Assembly: GCA_963514005.1 (NCBI GenBank)
Contig: OY740783.1
Location: 104,284,001-104,348,000, forward strand
Direction of reading: 5' to 3'
Length of the DNA stretch: 64,000 nt
Source: Raja brachyura
Lineage: Eukaryota
Under the pieces are notes generated by a model. That model did no database searches. It saw nothing but the letters and a program-made list of their open reading frames with translations, and was not told the DNA's origin. The position numbers and the translations under genes were made by a program. Positions 50,829 through 60,936 of this stretch are shown piece after piece. Numbering within the stretch: the stretch's first letter is position 1; each line of letters opens with the position of its first letter.

Positions 50829-50954
50829 GAACTCTCAACACAAACTTTATTATCCATGGTGAAAACTCTTACTTGCTTATTTGTGCGACTTTTCTCAGAG
50901 TGAGTTCATACATATGGTTTCATTTAAATTTTTATATTTTGCTTTTAATTTGGA

Positions 50955-51440
50955 ACATAGAAAATTGTAGCACATGTTGGCCCATATTGTCCTTGCGGAA
51001 TATAATGCCAGGTTAAATTAATCTTCTCTGCCTACACGTAATCCATATCCTATCCGTGCATTCTCTGCATATCCATGTGCCTATCTGGAAACTTCTTAAA
51101 CGCCGATATTGTATCTGCCTCCTCCACCATCCCTGACAGTGCGTTCCAGGCACCCACCAGTTTCTGTGTGAAAAAACGTACCCTGTATATCTCCTTTACA
51201 TTTTTCCACTCTCACCTGAAAGCTATTGTTTGGCATAGCCATCCTGGGAAGAAGGATCTCCACTATCTACCTTATCTATGTCTCTCATAATTTTATGTAT
51301 TACTATCAGGTCTCTCCTCAGCTTCATGATCCAGGGGAAACAATCCATGTTTGTCCAACGTCTCCTTATAGCTGATACCCTATAATCCAGGCAACATTCC
51401 GGTAAACCTCTTTTATACTCTATCCAAAGTTTCTCCATCT
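50955..51440 (-). mobile_element. CR1 3' end (different subfamily)
   Basis: KLRRDLIVIHKIMRDIDKVD. Confidence 0.75.
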
Positions 51441-51711
51441 TTCTAGAGTCAACAGAGTGCAAAATATAGTATAACAGCTACAGAAAAAGTGCAGATAAAA
51501 CTAGTGCAAGGACCACAATGAGTTAGATTGAAAGATCGGGAATTCATCCTTTGCATATGAAAGGTCTGTTAAAGAATACGTCAACAAAGGGGAAAGCTGG
51601 TGGTGTGTAATTTCTAATTTATGTGGCGTCTGCCCAACAGGAGAAAAGAGAAGAGAAAATGTTAGGAATAATTAAGAACCACCCAAAATTAAGAGTGGTT
51701 CTTAATTATGA

Positions 51712-52175
51712 GTAGGAAGGAACTGCCCCTCTCACTTTTAAGCTGGTTTACACTGAAGAAAGACACTAAATGCTGGAGTAACTCAATGGGTCAGGCAGCA
51801 TCTCTGGAGAAAATGAATAGGTGACATTTTGGGTTGAGACCCTTCTTCAGACTGAGAGTCAGGGGAGAGGGAAGCTAGAGATATGAAAAGGTACAAAGAA
51901 CACATGAATGAAAGGTATGAAAAGAACAAACTAAAGCCAGCAACGATGATCAAGAAAGGGTGGAACCTACAATGGTCCATTGTTGGCTGGAAAACAGGTG
52001 ATAATGAGTGGATACGAACAGCAAGCCTAAGGAGGACGACTGTGAAACTAGTAGGATTAATAGGGTGGGGGAGGGACAGACAAAGAAGGGACAGAGGGAG
52101 AAGGAAAGCAAGGGTTACTTGAAATGAGTGAAATCAATATTTATACCATTGGGTTGTAAGCTGCCCAAGCAAAAG
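51712..52175 (-). mobile_element. Penelope 3' end and terminal repeat
   Basis: LGSLQPNGINIDF remnant; hammerhead-like core at 51821-51852. Confidence 0.8.
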
Positions 52176-52199
52176 AGAATAGAGATATGAAATACAAAA

Positions 52200-52770
52200 T
52201 ATGTTCTTGATTATGTTGGCTACTGATCCAAGATAGTGTGAAGTTTAGATGTAGTAGATTGAGTTGGGTGACGGGGGCTGAAGCTGGTTTACGTAGTCGA
52301 CTGGAACACAACCCTTTTCAATTTCTCTCGGTCCTGGGCAGATTAGGTGCCAGGTCAAGCTGTGATGAATCCTTCCAGGGTTACACAAAAAGCTGGAGAA
52401 ACTCAGCGGGTGCAGCAGCATCTAAGGAGTGAAGGAGATAGGCGACGTTTCGGGTCGAGACCCTTCTTCAGACCCAGGATGCTTTCTACGCTGCCGCTGT
52501 AGAAATTGTGAGCGTCAGTAGAGATGTATCAAATTTTCTCGGTCTTCTGAGGAATTAGAGGTGTTGAAGTGCTTTTGTGGCCATTTCATTGAAGTGGTTG
52601 GACCAGGCCAAATAGTTGGTGATATGTACACATAGGAACGTGAGGCTCTCGACCATCTTCACTTCAGTACCATTGATGCAGACTCCGGTGCGTACTCCAC
52701 CGTGCTTTCTGATGTCAATGGCTAGCTCTTTGCTGACGTTGAGGAAAAGATTGCTGTCTTGACACCAAGC
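52200..52770 (-). mobile_element. Rex1-type RT fragment containing a hammerhead-bearing insertion of about 92 bp (52381-52472)
   Basis: WCQDSNLFLNVSKELAIDIRK..FLCVHIT..W; CCAGG on both sides of the insertion. Confidence 0.8.
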
Positions 52771-53404
52771 TCTCTTTCTCCTTCCAAGGAGATTGATAGA
52801 ATTTTCATACAAAAGAGAGCATGGGGTTAGTGGACGGAAGTGGTGCTGGGGTAAAAGATTAACCATGATCTTATTTAATACAGAGGCAGACACAAGGGAG
52901 GCAAATGGCCTTTATTTTATGAACTGCCTTTTCTTACGGTCTTATAACTTTGCTCTTATGAGCTGCTATCCTGCTCTGAGAATGTTTTAGGCTGTCAGTT
53001 CTACCATTTTACGAGTAGTTATTTGTTCTTAATTATCTGAGGAGAAGCTAGAAAGCATATTCCAAATTTACTCAGCTGTACCTTGAGAACATTGCTTTAA
53101 TTGAGTACATTTCAGAAAATATTTAGAGAAGGTGCATCATAGACTTGCCAAATAATAATTGTGCGTAGAAATATAATGTACAATGTAAAAACCCTCATAA
53201 ATAAACTGGTGGTAAATCAGACTGTTTAAAGCAGTGAAATGATTAGATAAGATAGATCGGAGGTAACAATTTAATTTTGTCAAATAGATGTCAATATAAT
53301 TGGAAACATAGAGGTACTGTAAGTTATTCAATGCCTCTGCTAGGTCATCCCTCAGCTTAGTCAATTCAAGAGAAGAGATATAATCTATTTAGCCTTGCCC
53401 AAGT

Positions 53405-53700
53405 AGTAGCACAACAGTGGTTAGTTCTGCCGCACGGCTTCAGAGATCTGGGTTTGATCCTCGACTGGTGTCTGTTTGAGGTTTCCATGTTCTGTTTCTG
53501 AACACCTTTGGGTGCTCTGGGTTCCTCCTACATCCTAAAAATATACAAGCCGGTAGTTTTATTGCAACTATAAATTACCTGTTGTGTAAGTGCACGGCAA
53601 CAGATTGGGAGGGCAGGTAAGGCTATGGTGCAGATAAGTGCTTCATGGGTGGTGTCAATATTTTGGGCTGTAGGACCAGTTTCAATCCTGTATGACTAAG
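53405..53700 (+). mobile_element. Old HE1-like SINE
   Basis: CAGAGATCTGGGTTTGATCC B-box-like sequence and GGTTCCTCCTACATCC core. Confidence 0.55.
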
Positions 53701-54429
53701 GTCACAAAGCATGTTTTTGTCAAATAAATCTAGAACTGTGCACAATAAAAGATTGTAAATTCAAGGGCAATTGGAGCTCTCGTAATAGGGAAGAAGTTTG
53801 ATTGTGTATGAGTTTCAAATGATATGCAAGAATGTAAGAAGTAGAATCAGGACTAGGCGATTCTGCCCCTTGCACCTGTTCTGCCATTTAATAAGGTCTT
53901 GGCTCATCCACCTTAGTGTCATTTGGTAAACAAGGCAAAGAAGGATATGGTCCTAATGCAGATGGCATTTTGGTAAATAGATGGTAAATGGTAAATTTGG
54001 TTTGCACAGACAAGGTGGGCTGAAGGGTCCCTTTCTGTGCTGGTCACCTACATGACTCTATCACTCTGAGCCCTGTAAGAATGCTATATGTTTCAATGAG
54101 ATCACCTCTCATTCTTCTAAACTCAACATAGATGGTGGAAATGGCTGCACTGGAAAATATATTTATTTTGTAATTTAGTAAACCCAAAATGATGGCTTGA
54201 ATTTAAATTTCAAGGGAAAAATTGTGCAGAAACGGGGGATGGTGAGCAAGAAATATTGGCGAGATTCATGGCCAGGGTATGGGTAAGGTAATGAAAGAAG
54301 TCCATTGACTTCCTAGTTATAATTGGCTAATTCAATTATAACTGGGAAGTAGATGCAACATCTTTCATTATTTATGGGGAGCTTTTTAATTGAGGTAAGT
54401 GACTGTAAGGTGTTTATCAGCAGGGATGT

Positions 54430-54830
54430 TGTCCTGGCATCGCTAGCAAACAAGAGATTTATCTTCAGTACTCTTGCATGAGCTATATACAATACTGTGT
54501 AGACATTGGTTAGAGTATTGTGTACAGTTCTGGAAAGATGTGGTAGCAATTGAGAGAGTGCCAAAGAGATTTATCAATATTTTGCCGGGAATAAAATGTT
54601 GCAGTTAGAAGGAGAGTCTAGGTTTATTCTCATTGGAACTCAGAGGAGTAATGGGTGACCACATCAGGGTTTATCAAATTATGATTTTTTTTCTTCTCAG
54701 GGGGAGGAAGTCTAGAACTACAAGGCATGGGGTGCCAGTAAGAGGGGGAGAGACTTAGAGGGGGTCTTTGGAGTACATTTTTCACACGGAAGGTGGTGAA
54801 CATTTGGAACAAGCTGCGGGAGATGGGGGG
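54430..54830 (+). mobile_element. Degraded CR1 3' ORF2 fragment
   Basis: EYCVQFW, ERVPKRF and FFTRKVVNIWNKL remnants. Confidence 0.65.
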
Positions 54831-55109
54831 TGGAACAGACAGCTGGCCAACTTTGTGCCTTCTACCAAGAGCTGTTGTAAAGATACTTTCGGGAGGTTTT
54901 GTAATGAATAAATGCAGCAGATTTATCATGAATAAATGCACCATGATCATTTGCAGAGAGGGATCTTACAAATTCACAGAAATCTCCATATTCTCCGGTT
55001 CCCCTACTTAACCCCTACTCTCTCGGCCAAGCAACCATGTCAACAAAGGCAAATATGTCAAGTGATGTAGATTTGTCCAAATCCAGATACAACAGTGAAC
55101 AGTTTAGTG

Positions 55110-55537
55110 CCATAGTTTAGAATGAGGGGGTTAAACTGAGCATATAGTGAAAGGTCCGGATAGAGTGGATGTAGAGAGGTTGTTTCCACTAGTGGGACCA
55201 TAGAAACATAGAACCATAGAAAATAGGTGCAGGACCAGGACATTCGGCCCTTCAAGCCAACACCGCCATTCAATTTGATCATGGCTGAACATCCCAAATC
55301 AGTAGCCGGTTCCTGCTTTCTCCCCATGTCCCTTGAGTCCATTAGTCCTTCGAGATATATCTATCTCTCTTGAATACATGACCAGAGGCCATAGCCTCAG
55401 AATAAAATGACATACCTTTAAAAAGGAGACGAGGAGGAATTTCTTTTGTCAGAGGGTGGTGAATCTGAGAAATTCATTGCCACAGAAATACTGTAGAGGC
55501 CAAGTCAATGGATATTTTTTAAGGAGGTGAATGACAG
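55110..55537 (+). mobile_element. CR1 3' end, host of later insertions; continues at 60249-60295 and 60892-60930
   Basis: The pieces rejoin into GACAGATTCTTGATTAGTACGG..GAGAATG..GATAGATCTGCCATG. An inverted CR1 tail is inserted at about 55199-55375. Confidence 0.85.
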
Positions 55538-55736
55538 ATTTTACTTCGGAGTCACCTGAGTGATTCCGTGAAGAAATCCTGCCAGTCCACATGCGCGTCA
55601 TTACGTCTGACGCATGGCGCACTGATGGGCTGGCAAGCGCATAGCCCCACCAGCGGTAAGTTAAAAACCCTGAGGTAAGTTTTTAACCTTAGCTTTCTGG
55701 GGTCCGTGAATCTTGTTTACAGGAAACAAGTCGACC

Positions 55737-56850
55737 ATGGAGAAAATGATCAAGGGAAGGTTGAGGCGGTCCGCTGCAAAAACAGTTACGGAAGACTGCG
55801 GGAGTGTGGGTAGCGGGTGGCCGTCCATTTCCCCTTCAGAGTCGCTGGCGGCACGGCCAGAGGCTTCCAACTTGGTACCGGTGGAAGGCACCATGGCTAC
55901 TCCGGCGGGCCGGAAAGCCACCAAAAAGTTGGTGCGGCCCGTAGACTCTGATGAGTCGGGCCAGGAGGAAAGCCCTCCCATGATGGATGCCATTTTTGGG
56001 CAGCTGCCCAGAATGGAGCTCCTCATGGAGAGGATGCTCCATGCCAATATGCTTGAGGAAGACGAGCTTTATAGCCGCGAGACTCGTCGGGGGCCCGTGG
56101 CAGCAGCGCCTATAGAAGGGCTGCTTAATGTACCCCTCATGGAGGAGAAGAGTACAAGGAGTCAGTTTAGTTCAGACTCCGAGGTCGAGGGTATAGCGAG
56201 TGAGCATACCTCCAGACAAGGAGACCTGGCATCTCGGGTCCCAAGCCTGGCATCCAAATTTGGTATTCCAGCTGGAACTGGGGGACCGTTGAATGAGGAT
56301 TTGGCCAGGACCATTAATTACATGGTCTCTCATCAACTGCAAGACCTCATGATGGAGAACACCTCCAAGGAATAACAAACACCCACAAATTGTGCCTCCC
56401 TCAGAGTTCCAATGGTGAATCACCCAATATGGGGTCACATGGGTGCAGGGATCAGAGCCCAACAATTGAGGCTCCAAAAGTTTCTGAAGCTGCTTGCTTC
56501 AGGAATCACGGCATTCGCTAGGTTTGTTGATGATGGGGCTCTCTCTGAGGAGCAACAAGATGCACATTTCGAGATCAACTGTTTAAGGAAGAGTGCAATC
56601 CACCCCATGCTAAATCCTAAATTTGCGGCACTATGCAAGGCAAGCAATGTGCAGCCGCCGAATTTACTGTTCGGGGATTACTTGTCCAAACAGGTCCGAG
56701 AATTGGATGATGAGGAAAAAATGGTTGGCCTCATAAAAGCCCAACCGGCCAGCCAAAAATCTCCGCCGGTGGCAACACCCCTACCAATGCTTCATTGCAA
56801 TGGGTTCAGGCCAAGGAGCAAGCCGGACCCAGCCAACTATGCACAATTGG
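55737..56850 (+). pseudogene. DIRS ORF1 (gag-like), disrupted
   Basis: ATG in the context ACCATGG; P.NC.SLRVPMVNHPIW, LRK..I.P.LNPKFAALC and LLFGDYL.KQVREL motifs; premature stop at 56373-56375. The end coordinate is approximate. Confidence 0.8.
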
Positions 56851-56904
56851 CATACACCAACATTCTCCTCCAAAACACGGGGGCAGAAGTATATAACACC
56901 AACT

Positions 56905-58829
56905 ATGGAGGTAAGTGGATCTGGTTCTTTTCCAGAAATGTATGGGCCAGTCACAAGTTGGTGGGAGGTTACATTTGTTTTTCAATGAGTGGAGTTGTAT
57001 AACCTCTGACTTGTTTATATTGCACAGTATACTAGGTTTCCGAATTGAATTAATTTTCAAATTATGTCCACCCATACAGTATACACCTAGATGAACATTC
57101 TGTTTTTCACAACAATAGTCTTTAGATGTACAAGCTGAAATTGAAACATTAGCTAAAAAAGGGGTAATTGAGAAATCTTTTTATCAATCTCATCAATTTG
57201 TGTCTAATATATTCCCTAGACAAAAGAAAGATGGTGGGTGTCACATCATTCTTGATCTAACTTGACTTAACTCCTATGTGCATTATAAATATTTCAAAAT
57301 AGAAACTTTTGTTACTGCCAAACAACTGGTTTCGAAAGGATGCTATATGACATGCATAGATCTCAAAGATGCATACTATTCAGTACCCATTCATCATAAT
57401 CACCAGAGATATTTGAAATTTAGCTGGATGAATTATGGCAGTTTAAGGCATTGCCTAATGGATTAACTTTGGCTCCCAGGCTATTTACAAAATTGTTAAA
57501 AACCAGTGTTGGATCTACTCCGGGCTCACGATCATATTATCATGGCCTATTTGGATGATATCCTAATCATAGGCAAGACTCAGCAGTCAGCTGAATTATC
57601 TGTTTCAGCTACCAAACTCATGTTTGAGAGATAGGGATTTCTTATAAATCCAGTTAAATCCAAAGGGATACCAACCAAAGTCATTGATTATTTGGGGTTC
57701 ACCATTAATTCAACTTGCATGTCTGTGACTCTGACTCCAGGCAAGAGGTCAGAATTAATAGAAGCTTGTAACAGCCTCGTTGATGAGCAACAATCCCCTA
57801 TTCGGCATGTGGCTAGTATAATTGGCAAATTAGTAGCTGCATTTCCAGCTGCACAGTTTGGTCCTTTACATTATCAGAATTTCCAATGTGCAAAGGAGCA
57901 GGCAGTCATAAAGCATGCAGGTCATTTTGATAGACCTATGCAATTACCTGCTGAAGCTGTTGCTGAGTTACAATGGTGGATAGTGAATATATGGCACTGC
58001 TCCAGTAAAATTTGGATTGATACACCTTCAGTAATTTTACAAACTGATGTTAGTGCTCTAGGATGGGGAGCTACTGATACCATCTCCAGCTGTGGGGGCA
58101 GATGGAATATGCATGAGGCATTAATCCATCAATCCCATGGTATTAACAACTTAGAGTTGTTGGGAGCACTCTATGGTTTAAAAGCATGTTGTACAAGTAT
58201 GCATGATTTGCATGTGCAGCTTCAGATTGACAACACTACAGTAGTAGCATACGTTAATCACATGGGTGGAATCAAGTTGGAATCATGTGATAAGTTGACT
58301 AACCTTATCTGGCACTGGTGTATTACAAGATACATCTGGATTTCCAGGTAGATTTACCAGGTAGATATAACGTGGTGGCAGACACCAGATCACAAATATT
58401 CAATGACAACACAGAATGGATGTTGAATCGTGAAATATTCAATGATATTGTCGCTCGTTATGGCGTACCAGAGATTGACTTGTTTGCATCCAGATTGAAT
58501 CACCAGTTACCAAAGTATGTTTCATGGGACCCAGACCCTGGGGCAGTGGCGGTAGATGCATTCTCGCTACACTGGGGTGGAATGTTTTTATATGCATTTC
58601 CCCATTTTGCCTCAACAGACGGTGCTTTACTAAGATTGAGCAGGACTCGGCCTCAGGCATTTTGGTAGTTCCTGACTAGCCTACACAGCCGTGGTTTCCA
58701 CTAGTTCTGAGACTAATAACACAGCCTTTTATGGTGATCCCCAAAAGCAGTAACCTGCTGGTTCATCCAGTAACTGGGGAGAATCATCCACTACATGATC
58801 ATATTAATCTATTGATTTGCAGATTCTGA
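56905..58829 (+). pseudogene. DIRS reverse transcriptase / RNase H / Dam-methyltransferase-like ORF, disrupted
   Basis: KKDGG, IDLKDAYYSVP, LPNGL..APRLFTK, YLDD (57548-57559), TDVS..GWGA, INNLEL, DNTTVVAYVN, IDLFAS..N, VDAF..W, YAFP. Confidence 0.93.
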
Positions 58830-59803
58830 GGAGACCGTTCCTGGGGCTTGGACTATCAGGGCATACAGTGGATGTGATTACTGCGGCCTGGAGGGATAGT
58901 ACTAAAATACAATATATTTCTCATATCAAGAAATGGGAGGCGTTCTACTTGCAGTTGAACATTTCATATCATATGTATCGTCTGAAGAAGGGTCTCGACC
59001 CGAAACATCACCCATCTCCTTTGCTCCTTAGATGCTGCTGCACCCGCTGAGTTTCTCAAGCCTTTTGTGTACCCCCCATTTCATATCATACAGCAGGCGT
59101 ACCTGATGTGTTGGAATTGCTTTCCACGTTATATTTTGATGAACGACATAGCTATAGTGCCATCAGTAGTGCCAGGGGACAACACTCTGTTGGGTCTCAC
59201 CCTTTAATATCTCGGTTCATGAAGGGTATTTTTAACTGTAATCCCCCCCCAGGCCCAGGTACACGGAAATCTGGGATGTGAGTGTGGTTCTTGTGTTGCT
59301 TCGTCAACAGGCCCCAGTAACATCTCTGTCATTGCCCAGACTCACTCTTAAAGTGGTTATGCTCATGGCGCTGGTTCAGCGCAATGTGTCCAGACATTGC
59401 AGAAGCTTCCACTGGACAGGATGGTTTCATCTGTCAACAACATAACCTTCACCTATGTGTAGTTACGCACTTACGGTGGTATACTGAGGTCACTAAGTGC
59501 CTCAGAGGCCCCGAATAGGCATTATTTATCAGTCACAAAAAGCCTCATGAAAAGATGTCAGTACAGACCATCTCAAGGTAGCTGAAACAGGTTCTGGCTT
59601 CCGCCGGAGTTGACACTGATATTTTTAAATCTTACTCCACCAGGGCAGCATCAACGTCAGCAGCGAGGGCACTGAACGTCCCTCTAGACAAAATCCTCGT
59701 GGCCGCAGGATGGTCCAAAGAAATTACTTTTGAAAGGTTCTATCACAAACCTCTTGCCACACCAGGGGTGTATGGCCATTCAATTTTGAGTTCTGTTTTG
59801 TAG
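58823..59803 (+). pseudogene. DIRS tyrosine recombinase, disrupted
   Basis: AWRDSTKIQY..KKW, SHPLISRFMKGIFN, LTLKVVMLMAL, STRAASTS, AGWS..TFERFY.KPL. Confidence 0.9.
58974..59076 (+). mobile_element. 103-bp hammerhead-bearing Penelope-terminus insertion with a 14-bp TSD
   Basis: CATTTCATATCATA at 58960-58973 and 59077-59090 flanks CTGAAGAAGGGTCTCGACCCGAAACATC... Confidence 0.85.
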
Positions 59804-60295
59804 CTTCCCCCTGGGAGAGAGGGGTCGCTATTGGTTTTTCTTTTGTTAAATAAAGCATCAACGTGTTTAATTCTGTATCATGTTTGAATGCATTATTTGT
59901 TATTACTCATCCTGTGTCAACCGAGGCAGTGTGTCGTATGGACTCGTATCCACGGCATGAAATCACAGAGCTTTGAAGTCTTCACGGAATCACGCACGTG
60001 ACTCCGAAGTAAAATAGTAAGATTAAATGGGAATTTACCAGTTTGTAGTTTGATCTATGTTTTATGAGGAGTTATGATGATCAATTACGTACCCACCACT
60101 ACCAACCCCATATCACAAAGGTCATCTGGTAGTTTCTAGGTTTTCTAATCTTACTATGTTACTTCAATTACCGTTATCGCTCATCGTAACCCCTCATAAA
60201 ATAAAGATCAAACTTCAAACTGGTAAGTTCTCATTTAATCTTACTATTCTTGATTAGTACGGATGTCAGGATTATGTGGAGATGGCGAGAGAATG

Positions 60296-60891
60296 TAGCA
60301 ATGTTACAAAATTTTGAGATTTCAAAAATCAAGTCTGCAATTTATCCCATCAGATAAAGCATAAAAATAATTTTAATTTGACACCTAATTCACTTTCATA
60401 TCTTCAGAATTAAGAAACTTATGACCATTTAAATCAACTTGTGAGTGGGTTTTAGTGGAATGCAGTGGATTGGAACATTGCGGTTTGTGGTGAAGTCGGG
60501 AGGAAAAATACTGTTGGTTCATATATTTTTTTGGACCCCATTTTGCAACATGAAAATGTGATTAAAGCCTCCCTAAAAACGAACTTTTAATATAAAAATA
60601 AACTGTGTACCTTTTTTTTCTCCTTCCCATTGTCGGCGCACACGGCATTTGAAGGTGATTTTTAAATTACTCTAGTTAATAAATAATCTAGCGTAATTTA
60701 AAAATACCTTCATGAATGAAATGTCGGAGCGATTTTTCTTCCGCAACGAAATCACCCGACATGGATCGATTTTCACAGTCTGCAGAAAAACGGCACTTTA
60801 AGCCCGCCCCCCTCTGAAAGGCGCCAAAGTCACGCACACGGGGAGGGGCAGAACTGCAGCGCTGCTCAAGGTAAGTTTTGTAAGATATCTA
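60296..60891. mobile_element. hAT-like non-autonomous DNA element
   Basis: Imperfect TIRs TAGCAATGTTACAAAATTT / AAGTTTTGTAAGATATCTA; duplicated (A)GAGAATG target of 7-8 bp inside a CR1 3' UTR. Confidence 0.7.
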
Positions 60892-60936
60892 GAGAATGAG
60901 TTTCAGAATGAAAGATAGATCTGCCATGGCTGGATT

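Larger units (their letters stand above)
55538..60248 (+). mobile_element. DIRS1-type tyrosine-recombinase retrotransposon, copy 2 (near full length)
   Basis: gag-like, RT-RNaseH-methyltransferase-like and YR regions. The ICR at about 59980-60080 is complementary to both the left terminus (55540-55572) and the right terminus (60181-60246). ATT at both junctions. Confidence 0.96.

Noticed and set aside
58318-58668. Apparent DNA adenine methyltransferase suggesting bacterial or phage origin
   Set aside because: This is the established methyltransferase-like domain at the end of the DIRS1 RT/RNase H ORF.
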